This document shows positions 15,787-30,786 of a DNA stretch of 64,000 nt, in pieces; the stretch's first letter is position 1, and each line of letters starts with the position of its first letter. The notes under the pieces were generated by a model. That model made no database searches and was not told the origin of the DNA. It saw nothing but the letters and a program-made list of their open reading frames with translations. A program made the position numbers and the translations under genes. Origin of the DNA: Eledone cirrhosa (Eukaryota); NCBI GenBank assembly GCA_964016885.1, contig OZ024740.1:233678001-233742000 (forward strand). The letters run 5' to 3'.

Positions 15787-16009
15787 TGTGTGTATGTGTG
15801 TGTATGTGTCTGTGTGTGTGTGTGTTTGAAAAAAAAGTATTAGCTAGTATTTTTTAATAGTTCAAATCTTATAGTAAGTCCTTATTGGTATTAGTTCTGG
15901 TAAGTTCTTGTTAACTTCCACCGACGTCAACAAGAATTCACTAATATAACTAATATCAATAACGACTTACTGTAAAGATTTGAACTATTAAAGAATACCA
16001 ACCGCCAGT

Positions 16010-16048
<39 letters not shown>

Positions 16049-16249
16049 TAAAAAACCCACCGTGCTTTTAACATTTCAATACAGATAACCCATAATTCAC
16101 AACCGTATCTGTACTCAAGCACAGCAAACCTGTGAAACGAAACAATCACATATTCGACAGTGCTGATGCTACCGACAATAATGAACCATTCTATGATATG
16201 TTACCTATGTGAAAATAGGTGAGCGTAATGTAGATTGTTGAGAAGTAAA

Positions 16250-18400
16250 TGACCTGATAGGATAAGAATCCCCTGCCCTCTCTGATGGTTGAATGATATC
16301 ATAACAACTGGGTCACCCGAGACTACTGTCCACCCTTCAATGGCAGGTACAGTTACTGATAACATTTACTATCAGAAAATTGGCTTTGTATATTAGCAAA
16401 CGTAGTAAACGTTTAAGACGAGAATAGATGGCTATTAGTGTTATCACTCCATTCATAAATTACAGATATCAATACATCCAATGAAACCCAAATGACTGTC
16501 GGCTCTAATCAGTCCCCAAATACAGTTTGTTATTTTGCTTTGTGTTGTTTTCCACGAGGAAGTCAGTTGCTGACTAGACAAGATATAATCTCAACATTCC
16601 ATTAGATAACAACCACCAGCTCGTTCATTAGTGGTTACCGACTTGACTATATATCCCCTGCTAATAAATATAGATATGATACTTCTTAGAATAGTACAGT
16701 TATTGTTTGTCTGATAAATCTTCGAAACTGCGATAGTCTAGCATCATATCTACAGAAGGAAATGTTAGATCTTCAAAGAGCGATTTATTCATATCTAGAT
16801 TACTATGAGCGTGGTCATTATCCCCTCAACGTGGTAGCCTATGACTACACTGAATTATAGGATTCAGCTGTGCAAATTTCGTGGCTAATAATTGGTTCTG
16901 CTTTTGGCACAAGGCTAGCAATAATCCCAGTGCATTACTGGTACTTTATTTTATCGACTCTGTAATGAAGGATGAAAAGCAAAGTTAACTTCGGCGGGGT
17001 TTGAACTGAGATCGTAAAGGGACGTAACTCTATGCTGGAAAGCATGGCGTCCGACCCTCTACCGATACTGCCAAACCACCGCCCTTTCGTGGCTAATAAT
17101 ACCTGTTGTTTCACACAAAGCCTTTCTCTTACTGTTATCAGGGTTTTCCCTGTGTCACGGGTGAATTTTTGTATTTATATGATATTGTTCTGCTTCAATG
17201 CAGTATTAGTCGGAAGCACTATCCGTCTCAAATAACCAGACTTGAAGTTAGCACTGCAGTCTAACAGAAACATTTATTATCCATGCAAGGACATTTGGAG
17301 TTTACAGATATAAGCAATAGTGACTATATACGTTTATACACGTTTATATTTGAATAGCGTGAATCCGGAACTACTCCTCAATGTATTGGCTGTCTATGAC
17401 ACTTAAATCACCATAACCGGACAATGTGTATGAGAGCAACAGCTGTCTATGGCGCATGTGTACCCCAATATTCCATCCAGAAAGCAGGGTTAGATGAAGA
17501 TAGAATGATTCACCCCGGCTGAGGTAAAGGATGAAGAAATCATAAATTTAAATGTTTGAATACCCATTAAAATAAGAGAATCATCAAACTGTGTACAGGA
17601 TTATTCTCTTGACAGAAGAAATATCTTCTTTTTCACGGCAGCACATACTCCACTATTTTATGAACTATGTTTTCCTATAAATAAGGGCCCGCTTTTAAAT
17701 TATATACTACTGTTCTCCACTTGGTACAGTTGTTCAATGTGAACGATATTGATACATTTTTGGCGAAACACTCCACTCTCAATTTTCTTCGACCTTTACG
17801 CGCTGACCAATGATCAAATCATTCCGTATTTTCCGATGTGCAAACGATACAAGACCACATTATCTAATGTCTTCCTCTCTAATGCGGCAGGGTATGATAT
17901 TAGGGAGATATTGCTGTTAATTATAAACGGTCTAAGGATCTCGACGAGGTTTCTTCGTTGTTTCAATGTGAACATTTGTTTTTAGTTTGTTGGCATAGGA
18001 AGATAGATTGAACGAGGAGCTAACTAAATCACTCTATTTATTTGCATCCGTTCATATTCTCAGTTAAAATTCCACTGTGATAGACTTTCACTATCATCAT
18101 CCCCGAACCGATAACATAAATATAGTGTAGGATGATCTAAGCGGCAGTTCCTTCTCTACGAAAATCTGTAGATATGCACCTACATTAGAAATCAATATAT
18201 GAATATTGTTTTGTCAATATGTTGGCTAAATATATAGAATAAAAAGGAGATTCTAGTAAATCAAAATCGGGTATTGGTTTTGATACTTCACTGCAGCATA
18301 TTCAAATCCCTAAATATTCTCTACAAAGCTCGAATATTCACCTTCTTGTGACACTCTCACTTAATCTGATACGTCTACAAGAATCTAATACTTCAATGTA
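16250..18400 (+). mobile_element. Decayed L2/CR1-like LINE ORF2 remnant interrupted by SINE A (16888-17085, minus)
   Basis: Endonuclease-like TR...T..DNIY near 16315-16370. RT-like TTVLHLVQL...TPLSIFFDL (cf. ST..AL...SIFLDLSKAFD) near 17705-17797. Many stops and frameshifts. Confidence 0.45.
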
Positions 18401-18894
18401 GAAATGATATTAAGTTGTATCGCTCACTATATATGAGTATATATGTGTATGTATGTGATAGTGACAGCGTGCGTATGTGCGTTCATGTGTGCGTGTGTGT
18501 CCGTGTATGTGTGCGTGATTGTGGAATTATTTATATTTAAATGTATGAACAATTGTTAAAATGCAAATATTTTTATATGCATACGATATAGCACTTAGAT
18601 AGATATTCGTGTATGTTTATGCCTAAGAATGCATGTGTGTTTTTGTGGATCTGAAATCATTTTGTATGTGTGTATGTGTGTTTGCGTGTGTGAGTGTAGT
18701 TTTAATGTCCGATTGCTTACAAGAAGTTTTAATGTGAACGTGAATAAATATGGATAAACGTATGATTGAGAATGTATATCTACGATCTTAATATATATAG
18801 GTGTTAGAATGTGTGTGTACTTGTTTGTGTTTGTTTGTGTGTGTGTATTTGTGTATGTTAATGTTTATATATATATATCTATAAACATTAACAT

Positions 18895-18945
<51 letters not shown>

Positions 18946-18952
18946 TATATAA

Positions 18953-19064
<112 letters not shown>

Positions 19065-19088
19065 GTACATATATATCTAAATATATAC

Positions 19089-19125
<37 letters not shown>

Positions 19126-19179
19126 CATATATATCTAAATATATACATATATATACATATATATATATATACACACACT

Positions 19180-19233
<54 letters not shown>

Positions 19234-19245
19234 TATTTAACATGT

Positions 19246-19336
<91 letters not shown>

Positions 19337-19601
19337 TATATATGCGTATGTGTGTGTCTTTAAATGTGTGAAGTGGCGTCTACTAACTACGTCTGACTAT
19401 AGCAGTGTTTGTTATGGGATGTATGGAATCTCAAGCAACGCAGCTATTTGGACGTATTGGGTCTGTTAAGAAGCTCAACCGATAAATAAACTTTCTGCTG
19501 AACGCCAAGGAATTATGTCCACCAAAAGACACACCTTGACATTTAACAGTATGCCACAAAACCACACACACACTCACACACATACACATATATATTTATT
19601 T

Positions 19602-19663
<62 letters not shown>

Positions 19664-19709
19664 TATATATATACATACACACACACGCACACGCATGCAC
19701 GTGGATATG

Positions 19710-19744
<35 letters not shown>

Positions 19745-19922
19745 TGTCTGACACACACACACATATATATATATGTGTGTGTATGTGTGAGTATGCGTGT
19801 ATGTGTGTGTGTCTAGTTAGGTTTAGGTAGGTAGGTATATACTGTATTTACTCACCTCTAATATCTTGACAACCCTGTCTCCATGCTGAAGTCTTTGAGA
19901 GTTGACATGTCTCGTAATTGAT

Positions 19923-20090
<168 letters not shown>

Positions 20091-20093
20091 ATG

Positions 20094-20282
20094 TATGACC
20101 CCCGACGGCAGAGCTCAAGCCGTTTCGACGGCTATTTCTGGACTCCAAGAAATAGCCGTCGAAACGGCTTGAGCTCCGCCGTCGGGGTCATGCCTTTTAC
20201 TATTACCCACTCTACTACCCTAAGTATTGAGTACTCTGGTGCGTTATGGTCCATCTGGTTCCTTACCACAATTCCTTCGTTA
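20094..20282 (+). mobile_element. Penelope-like terminal cassette with fold-back hairpin and 3' half of a hammerhead
   Basis: Hairpin ATGACCCCCGACGGC..GCCGTCGGGGTCAT, then the family tail CCACTCTACTACCCTAAGTATTGAGTACTCTGGTGCGTTATGGTCCATCTGGTTCCTTACCACAATTCCTTCGTTA(TA)n. Copies at 8160-8290, 22125-22297, 30509-30665, 38918-39002 and 48316-48583. Confidence 0.7.
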
Positions 20283-20427
20283 TATATATATACGTGTGTG
20301 TGTGTGTGCTTCTACAACAAACAAAGCCCCTGCTAAGAATTTCGCGACACGGTTTCGATTCTCTTCGCAAACACACGAGATTATGTTTGTGTGTGTGTGC
20401 ATCTTTCTATTATATATGTGATAGCGA

Positions 20428-20875
20428 GGGCGGTGTATTGGCAGTATCGGTAGAGGGTCCGACAACATGCTTTGCAGAATAGAGTTATAACCCTTTATGA
20501 TCTGAGTTCAAATCCCGCTGAGGTTAATTTTGCCTTTTATCCTGACGGGGTCGATAAAATAAAGCACCAGTAACGTACTGCTGTCGATTTAATCGACTTT
20601 CACCTCCGCTAAATTACTGGCCTTGTGCCTATACTAGAAATCATTATATACGTGATAGCCATTCAATTTCACGTGATACACTATCCCCCGCTGGAAAATT
20701 ATTTATGGCTAAAAATGGCCGAGATTGTCTTGCTAAGATATATATTATAAACGAATTTTTTCATTAAGTTGAAAGTGCTGAATATGCTACGTTTTTTTCC
20801 TGTCCACCAGTTGTCTTGTGACCTGTTAGATTTTTAGCTGTAAGATAGAAACAACGCGTGGATATTTATATTACA
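20428..20875 (+). repeat. ~450-bp direct duplication of 4041-4487 (SINE A plus 3' flank)
   Basis: Near-identical sequence including ~230 bp beyond the SINE tail (TACGTGATAGCCATTC...GGATATTTATATTACA). Confidence 0.9.
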
Positions 20876-21343
20876 TCGAGATTGTCTAACTAAAATATAT
20901 ATTGTAAACAGTCTTTTGTATATTTTCATCTCCGAGTTCAAATTATAAAAACATCCCACTACCTAAACAGATTTAGTTTAGTCCATTCGTGGGTCAATAA
21001 AATATGAGCAAGAACTAAGCTCTGATTGAGCTGGCATATGAAAGATGGTAATCTAGCATTGGCCTTTTTAAGGATATCTAGGTCTATCTAGGTCTATCTC
21101 TTCCATGAGACGTGAGAGAAAGTTACTTTCTCTCACGTCTCATGGAATTTTACGCCCAAGCACATGAATATCAGCACGACAAACACACACAGATATATAT
21201 ATATATATAAACAAAGAAGTATTTAATTTGTTGGCTATTCAACAAATTTATTTATAACAGATTCGAAGCCCTCCATAGATTTCTTCTGGAGTATAATATC
21301 AATGATATTAATAGATGGAAACTATCTTTATAAAACCATATTT

Positions 21344-21402
21344 ATTTCATTATATATATTTCAAGGGTACCAACATTTTGGTACGCACTCATCAGATAAA
21401 AT
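21344..21402 (-). ncRNA. Minimal hammerhead ribozyme (intact core)
   Basis: Minus strand: ATTTTAT CTGATGA GTGCGTACCAAAATGTTGGTACCCTT GAAA TATATA TA ATGAAAT. Confidence 0.75.
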
Positions 21403-22075
21403 ACAAAAATTGTTTTATAAATATTGACATATCCAAAAACAAGAGCTTATCGTTTTAAGTTCATTTTGGATAGTCATATATATATATATATATTCTGTAT
21501 TATGTCTAAGTGATGTGTCTTGTTACCTATGAGTACAGAGTTGAATCTCCAGAGTAAGATGACCCATCACTTAACCATAAAGAATATCATTAAACAAAAC
21601 TTTGGTATAGCGTATTCTTTCTCGTCTCCCTCAACACCACACACGCACTCTCATATATATATATATGAGGGTCGAGAGTATGTATGCATTTATGTATGTA
21701 TGTGAATATAACAATTTCTCCAACTAGTATATTAAAACATAAATGATTTGAATGTAATTGGACTGAGCTATTCCAATAATGAACACACTTTCATTCCTGG
21801 TAAAACTTGTGAAATGGGCGTAAACCTATAAAATATTATATTAATAATCCCTCTATAATCCGTGTTCTTACATATATATATATTATATTATATTATATTA
21901 TATTATATTATACTACATTATATTAGGGCATTTGAAGCCCCATAACGGAAAAATGTATTATATATATATATATATATATGCCCTAATATTAGACTGTTCT
22001 CTATAGTCAATTTACGAATCTACGTTGACAACTTCTAATTCTATTTTCATAATCTTTTATTCTAATTGACAAATG

Positions 22076-22127
<52 letters not shown>

Positions 22128-22293
22128 AACGAGAAGTACCCCGACGGCTGAGCTCAAGCCGTTTCGACGGCTAATTCTGTGTCCAGAATTAGCCGTCGGG
22201 CTCCTACTCGTTCCTATTACCCACTCTACTACCCTAAGTATTGAGTACTTTGGTGCGTTATGGTCCATCTGGTTCCTCACCACATTTCCTTCG

Positions 22294-22363
<70 letters not shown>

Positions 22364-22778
22364 ATGTATATTTGAAAGCATGTGTCAATTAGAATACGGT
22401 GAAAAATGAAAATAGCTGTGGTAAGGGTCCAGTTCGGGAGTTTAGGAGCTGTAAGGAATGTAGAGTTACCCCTTAGTTTGTGTCACTCTCAGGTCTGCTC
22501 TGGCCCGGCGTAGTAGTACCTGTTAGGGCTCCATTTATGGGTTAAATTCGAGTGGCACCGGTAAGGTATTATCAGCCATTGAAAAGAACCATGGAGAGTG
22601 TATTTAACAGTACTAGGGTTAGAGCCCCTAACTACACTGTCAAGGAGCAGTCTGGTTGTTATGACTCTGTTGGTTTAGAGCCACAGGGAGGGGCAGTGCA
22701 TGGTGGATCAGCTGCCTCTGAGACAAATATAAAGAATAATCTCGGGAATTTTACCCGCCCTACACACACACACACACC

Positions 22779-22845
<67 letters not shown>

Positions 22846-22855
22846 TGTCTTCCTG

Positions 22856-22922
22856 TTTTATCTGATGAAAACACAAATATTATTGCATGATGATATTTGT
22901 TTTTGAAATGCGCATAATAAAA
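22856..22922 (+). ncRNA. Minimal hammerhead ribozyme (intact core, palindromic stem III)
   Basis: TTTTAT CTGATGA AAACACAAATATTAT-TGC-ATGATGATATTTGTTTTT GAAA TGCGCA TA ATAAAA. Stem III ATGCGCAT is a perfect palindrome. A relative with a CTTATGA core lies at 58470-58535. Confidence 0.8.
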
Positions 22923-23589
22923 TACATGGAACTCTTTTAACCATCTTTTGTTCTTATATATATATATATATATATATGCAGCGACCATGTATCGTACAAG
23001 TTTTCTAAGAAAACAATACATCAATCGTAATATTTAGAACAGTTTATCAATATAGTTTCGATACACTGTTGCACTTATTTACCAACTAGAAAACCTAAAC
23101 ACCGCCTACTACCCTCCCCATTTTTATGCCTCTATCTCTAGTAAAACTTGATTTATTACTGATCAATATGGAGGATTATTTTTTCACCTGTACCATCTGT
23201 GACATAATCTATATTAAAGAATGGGGTTAAGGAGGTCTATGGTTATTTCAATTTTCTTAATCATTCAAAACAATGTCTCATTTAAGATAAGCATTTGTCT
23301 GTTGACCAAACAGAGTATTCGGAGAACTGCTAAAAATGTCAAATATAAAAATGGCAAGGGATTTAGCTGCTAAGTATTCCAGTTCACCACAAGGATGTGG
23401 ATACATACATGATGGCTGCAAACTCTGCTAAGAGTATTGCAATCGCTTGCCAGATTCAGATGTGTGACTTCTCAAGCCTGCTAGAAACTTGTACACCTTC
23501 GCTCGTTGACGACAACTATGTATCTCCCTGGCCTCAGGTCTTGCATCAGGTTGCCTGTGAACATTCACAACACATACATATATACATAA

Positions 23590-23687
<98 letters not shown>

Positions 23688-23789
23688 GCGCGTGCGTGCG
23701 AAAAGCAGTTTAAGATCCCTGCAGATCCGAAACCACCCTAATCACTAGGAACACCACAGGAAGGTATCATCTTCCTCTCTGAAATCTGC

Positions 23790-24990
23790 AGCCTACCGAC
23801 ATATGCTCAGAGAAGATCCATTTACTCAGGCCATCATCAGTATATTTACCCACCTTTTACCAAATGTACTGGACTGGAGGGCAATACTTCCCTCTCCATT
23901 CTCACCTTCCTGTCCAAATGGAAATTAAAAAATTTGTCGATGGGTTGGCCGAAGAGGAAATTGCCTATCTTCATTCCTTTCTGTACGCATCCAACCTCTT
24001 AGCCACAGCCACCAGACTGAGGAAAGCTGCTTGCCTTACCTGACTAAAAGAAAGATATCTTTACGATTGAATTGGCTGGTAGCCGGAGCAGTCACACACG
24101 TGTTAAAAGCTATTCGACAAAATTTCACGAGTCAGCAATGCCCAGACACTGGATGAGTGCTTGTAGAATGGTTTCGTCGCTCTGCGCGCATCTCAGACAG
24201 GTTCTACATATTAAGCTATGTCCGTACCAGTAGAGTTTGTCTCGAACCAGCAGTAACCCTAGTAGCACTATCAACCCAGGGGTTTCTAAAAATGATCCAT
24301 AGGCTCCGAACCGAACATCCCCTAGAACAGATTGGCTAGTTCCTTCTCGTCAACCCCAGAGTCTCCCCAGGAACATCATCGCATTTTCCCGCCACCAACC
24401 CTCATGTTCACCCTTTAGAAATATCTATAACTGCCATAGCCCCAGCGCATGTTTGGGCATCATCAGCCACAGCATGCCCAACCCTCCGTACAAAGGTCGT
24501 TGGCAGCAGATAGACCACCTGACCAATTGAACCTGTCCCTTCCCCAGGTAGTGAAAGAGCAGGTGCTCCAATCAGGTGAATTCCGGATTGGGGCAAGCCA
24601 CCACGAAAGCGATGTACCCTTTCCCCACCTCCATCGGACTTTTCATGAATAGCATCCTCTCGACTTATTTAGTTTACGCGCCGGGAACGACGCACTATGC
24701 TTCCAGTAATCGGGTCCCTGTTTACGCGTTCTATCTAGGTCGTTCATTCAGATCACAAATTTGTGGTCTGAATAGGCGACTGTTTGCATTTGTGGACTAC
24801 GCTATTCGCGCCTACTAACCTAATGAAAAATCTATCTAAATACGATCTAGATGCGATTGATCCATGTCCTCTCTGGCGCATTCAGGAAATCTAGTCTGTA
24901 CCTGTCAGACAGCTCTGGTGTTGACAGCAAGAAGGCTCTGTCGTTCTCAGTCTTCAGTTGCGTGCATTCTGGCTCTCAAGTAACCGTTAG
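23790..24990 (-). mobile_element. Tx1/L1-clade LINE ORF2 remnant with internal deletion of the RT domain
   Basis: Minus-strand peptides: DRYRLDFLNAPERTWIN..YLDRFF..VAYSDHKFV..GPDYWK (APE endonuclease end), then ICCQRPLYGGLGM, RTCLRCAQSDETILQALIQC (CCHC-like), and FLSLVAVAKEV..FHLDRKVRMEREVL..RWV. Confidence 0.8.
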
Positions 24991-25474
24991 CTCACAGAGA
25001 TGACAACGGGGTTTTCTGCCCTCAACTATAACATCCAACTCCTAGTAGGTGAAGGTAGTCTAGGATTTTGTGGATATTATCTAGCTTGATGTGGAGAAGC
25101 ACCTCCATACTAATCCAAGAGCATTTTTCTTGTTGGCTTAATTTCATCTCCTTGAATGTGTTGCAAGCCAATATTCAACATATATTCACCCCTGGTAGGA
25201 TCCCAGAAACATTGACCCTTACCGCTCTTCGTAAATAAGATAGATACAGAACAAACCTATGGCTGCGACAGGGTACCACAGAGTATTTAATAAGCACTGA
25301 AATGCCCGTATACTGCCTGGCCGTCGCAGGGTGACTGCATGTCGGACATTACCTTTTTCAATGTTCTTTCAATATCTATCTCATTTGTTCGCTCCAACTA
25401 TTTTCTATTTGTGGCGTACAAAGCTGGGTTCGGTAATTCAGTGACGACGCGCAATAAAAAGAATACTACTACTA

Positions 25475-25697
25475 ATAATGGTTTCTACTATAGGCACAAA
25501 GGCCAGTAATTGGGGGGTGGGGGAAGTCGATTAAATCGACCCTAGTGCGTGACTGGTACTTTATTTTATCGACCCCGTAAGGATGAAAGGCAAAGTCAAC
25601 CACGGCGGGGATTTGAACTCAGATCATAAAGGGCTGTAACTCTATGCTGCAAAGCATAGTGTCCAGCACTCTACCGATACTGCGAACCCAACGCCCT
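25475..25697 (-). mobile_element. SINE A
   Basis: Family consensus including the GTCGATTAAATCGAC internal hairpin variant. Confidence 0.9.
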
Positions 25698-25947
25698 ACT
25701 AATACTAATAGTAATAATAATCACGGTTAGTATGCATCGATGGGCCAGTAGCTATGGGCATTATTTGCTTTGTGAAGGGAGTTGCATGTGGAGTTGTCAA
25801 TAAATTGTAAAGTTTGATTTATTTCTGCCTAATGGGCTTTAGTTATTTGGTATACTTACCTTGTCTGTCGGTTTGTGTATACATCCATACCCACACTAAC
25901 ATACCCACACACACACACAAACATACAATATAATTGTTTATTTGTCC

Positions 25948-26016
<69 letters not shown>

Positions 26017-26125
26017 ATATATATTTATATTTATATATATATATATTTATATATACACGTATATATATACATAAATAAATAAATACATATATGTATGTAT
26101 ATACATATATATATAAATATTTATA

Positions 26126-26188
<63 letters not shown>

Positions 26189-26204
26189 TACATATATATA
26201 TATA

Positions 26205-26280
<76 letters not shown>

Positions 26281-26298
26281 TACATATATATATATATA

Positions 26299-26376
<78 letters not shown>

Positions 26377-26622
26377 GAGGGAGAGAGAGAGAGGGTTTTA
26401 TGCACACATGCAACATTCAATAAAAAAAATTAATTAATAGCTGGTATCCACGGATACGTAAGTGTTGGTTTCTGTATAGCTGAATGGATATATATATAAC
26501 ATACATTAAATCAATATGTAGACATATGTTCCTGTATGTGTATGTATTTGTCTATCTGTGTGTGTGTGTGTTTCTATGCATTGCTACAGCACCCCGCCCC
26601 ACACGCAGACACAGACACACTT

Positions 26623-26656
<34 letters not shown>

Positions 26657-26709
26657 TGCAGTATTGCAAAATACACTATATATACATTCATATATATATA
26701 TATATGTGT

Positions 26710-26759
<50 letters not shown>

Positions 26760-26937
26760 GTGTATATATATATATGTGTGTGTGAGTGTATGTGTGTGTG
26801 TGTATATATATATGTGTGTGTGTATATATATATATATTACATTCGTACATTTCAAAGATTTTATGAAAGCATGTTTTGTCACATGAAGTATACAGGTACA
26901 TACATATATATGTGTGTGTGCCTGTGTGTCTGTGTGC

Positions 26938-26999
<62 letters not shown>

Positions 27000-27811
27000 T
27001 AGTCTGTGGTTGTATGTGCCTATGCGAATCGGGAACTTAAAACAGTTTTAGCTATCGAAAAACACACCTGCAATTAGAAGGAACTTGGTTTGCTGCTTCT
27101 GTTTGTTTACCTGTTTCTGGTTGCTGGGCTCTTGGTTTTTTTAGCTCCTCGCTTAGACAGCTCACTGACATCAGTATGTTTTAATGTAATGTTTCATGTC
27201 ACAACTAAGACATTTACTATCCTCATACACACTTGGAAAAAACACACACACACACAAACACACACACACGCAAACACGCACGCACGCACGCGCATACACA
27301 CACACACACACACACACGGCGAGAGAGAGCTTGTGGACCACATACTTTAGGTGTTGTTTTTATTGTTGTAATAAACAGATATATGCTTTATAGAGAATAG
27401 AGAAATGTGAAATTCTCGATTTGCTAACCACGAGCCTCCCCTGCACCACACATACACACATACACACAACATACATACACGCCCACACATACACACAGCA
27501 TACATACACGCCCACACATACATACAACATACACACGCGCGCACACATACATACCATGCACTCACACATTATAAAGGCCATCCAAATTAAGGTTTTCCAG
27601 AATTGGGTCTTTCAGTTGAAGGCCAATTTACTCACCCATCACACTAAATACGTTGGGTCAGGTTTCCGTTTTTATTAAGGTGCTACCACCTGCTTCTATG
27701 TCCTTATACACACGCACTTGTACTTCACTCATTGAACCATACACTCAAGCCAATGTGAAATATTTACTTAGCCCACATTTCACAATTTTGTAAATAGTAT
27801 TATACGCCTAT

Positions 27812-28005
27812 AATATATTTGTTTCTACGTTAGGCACAAGGCCAGCAATTACCCAGTGTATTACTGGTACTTTATTTTATCGACCCCGTAAGGATGAAAG
27901 GCAAAGTTAACCTCGGCGGGATTTGAACTCAGAATGGCAAGGGCCGTAACTCTATGCGTCAAAGCATGGCGTCCGACCCTCTACCAATACTGCCAATCCA
28001 CCGCC
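27812..28005 (-). mobile_element. SINE A
   Basis: Full-length family consensus. Confidence 0.9.
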
Positions 28006-28229
28006 TATAATATATATGAATTAAACAGACATTGTATTTTATTTAAATTGAATTCTTTTATTACAATATAATGATTGACATCATAATTATGATTATCAAT
28101 TTAATTTATATAGAATGGAGGGTTTGTTCAATTCATATGTGTAGGCTAATTAGTATATTTACTAGAGACCAAGTGCTGACAAAAATGACGGCAATAGTGT
28201 TTAACTTTTGCATATTTAACTTTTGGATT

Positions 28230-28550
28230 CCTGGATCTGTAGGCCATATATACTTCTTTGCCCACTTATTCTTGAGAGGGTCGTAGGGGCACAATCTTCA
28301 AACACTCTCTCCAGTGGGTCCGGACAGTAGCAAATATATATTGCATGTGCGCGTGTTCCTGATTGAGTGTATGTGCCTAAATATATATCCAGAATCCAGG
28401 GCCTTCTCACTCTCGTTGGAGAAATATCTCCCTGGTTGAACTCCACTGCTTCCTATCTCTAGCAATATTGGGCCATGTGGGGCCGAGGTATCCGGTCAGA
28501 TTATCGTGCCATTTGGCCTTTGGCTGCCCTCTGGTTCTTCTCCACTACCC
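28230..28550 (-). mobile_element. RTE-clade LINE 3' end
   Basis: Minus strand RG.PKAKWHDNLTGYLGPTWPNIARDRKQWSSTREIFLQRE* matches the RTE C-terminal motif RGRP..RW.D.....W...A.DR..W. Confidence 0.65.
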
Positions 28551-28561
28551 TATATATATGG

Positions 28562-28616
<55 letters not shown>

Positions 28617-29538
28617 AATTCATATTCCAATTCTGGGCGTCCCAACGAAAGTCATCATGATAATAGTTGATCAGTATGAATGATTGTTGAGAAAATTGGA
28701 GGAAAATTGGAGAAATGGGGACTGGGGCACCGACATTTCAATGTCCAAAGTTTCTAAATGCTTGTATATATATATAATTGGAGGCTTAGTAAAATCGAAT
28801 CTTTGACGGTGTGCAAGCAAATTCGACCTACTATATGAATGAGTTAGCAAATCACTCGACAAGGTAGGTCCTTAGAGTAATAACATACGTTTAAATAGCT
28901 TGACAAATTGAACATTGTGGTAGGCAAAATCCAAAATCTAACACACAATACCAAAGTAACGAAAGAACTAACAGGTTGAGAAAAAACTACACCTGGACAA
29001 ATCAAACGTTATACGTTTAAAGTGTTTCTATGAATCCGAAATCAAATATCAGACTTACGTAACTGGCAAGCTCATGGTATTCATGATCAAACAGAGGATT
29101 CGTTTCATCAACAGGATTTCGTTCTACCAAAGAACGGGGCGAGATACTAAATGTTGCAGCTAGCAGCAGCGAATCGTATATTTAGTTGTCACGTGTTATT
29201 TCCACGAAGGGAAATAACCCCCGGTTTTGGCGGGTCATTCAAAGTGTTAGACAAAGGAATGACCCGCCAAAAACCGGGGGTTATTTGCCTTATATATGTA
29301 TATATATTAATAAATAGAAACTATATTTATAAAACCATAATTATTTTATTATATATATTTCAAGGGCGACCAAGTAAATCTTGGTGCGCTTTCACCAAAT
29401 AAAATACAAAATTTGTTTTATAAATAGTGACATAACCATGGAAAACAACCTTGACGGTTGAAAATTCGGTGGATAGTAAATAATATATTTACTGCAGTAA
29501 ATATAAGTTCTACATATATATGTATAAATATGTATATA

Positions 29539-29634
<96 letters not shown>

Positions 29635-29973
29635 TACACAGTAATTATTTTTATATGTAAACGAAACTTCCTCGTTTTTTCCTATTATATATATATATTT
29701 ATATATATATGTTTATAAGTGTGTTTGTGTATATATGTTTATATATATACCAAATAAAGCAACTATTATATAGGGGCTATTAGTATCAACTTCAGGTGAG
29801 TTAACTGCTTGAAATTAAGCGATTGGATATCTCACCTTATCTTTAATCGTCTTCCTGTGAATTATAGGGCACTAATTGTGGACAGTTTCAAATGTCAACT
29901 CCAACGCATGGAGTGCTTATATTGTAGCAACCACATTGACTTTTTCTCATATATGTGTGCGTGTATGTGTGTG

Positions 29974-30030
<57 letters not shown>

Positions 30031-30169
30031 ATAATAATAAATTTGAAGACGGATATGATTCCAGTTCCTCAGTGAAACAACAACCCAACCAGGAACTGGG
30101 CATATCAGAGTATTGACAAAGTTATACACCTCAACAGCATGTATACTCGTCTCTACCACACTAATTCGG

Positions 30170-30224
30170 ACTGCCTGAAGAAGTCACAGCCAAACATGGC
30201 TGTCACCGAAATATATATAGCCGT
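30170..30224 (+). ncRNA. Minimal hammerhead ribozyme in a Penelope-like 3' cassette (30055-30275)
   Basis: ACTGC CTGAAGA AGTCACAGCCAAACATGGCTGTCACC GAAA TATATA TA GCCGT. Second copy at 58964-59018. Confidence 0.7.
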
Positions 30225-30371
30225 AATAAACGAAGCCAAATTTTAAACATTTGACTTATTTATTTTATTTTATTTTACATTACTCCGGAGTAATCAAACC
30301 GACCTGCGCACTTCGTCGAGTGCTCCAATCTGCATACTTAGGTGTTGGTATACAACCAACATATACTCATA

Positions 30372-30512
<141 letters not shown>

Positions 30513-30662
30513 ACGAGGGAGGTGTGGTAAGGAACCAGATCGACCATAACGCACCAGAGTACTCAATAGTTAGGGTAGTGGAGTGGGTAAATGTTAAACC
30601 CCGACGGCAAAGCTCAAGCCGTTTCGACGGCTATTTCTGTCCAGAAATAGCCGTCGAAACGG

Positions 30663-30786
<124 letters not shown>

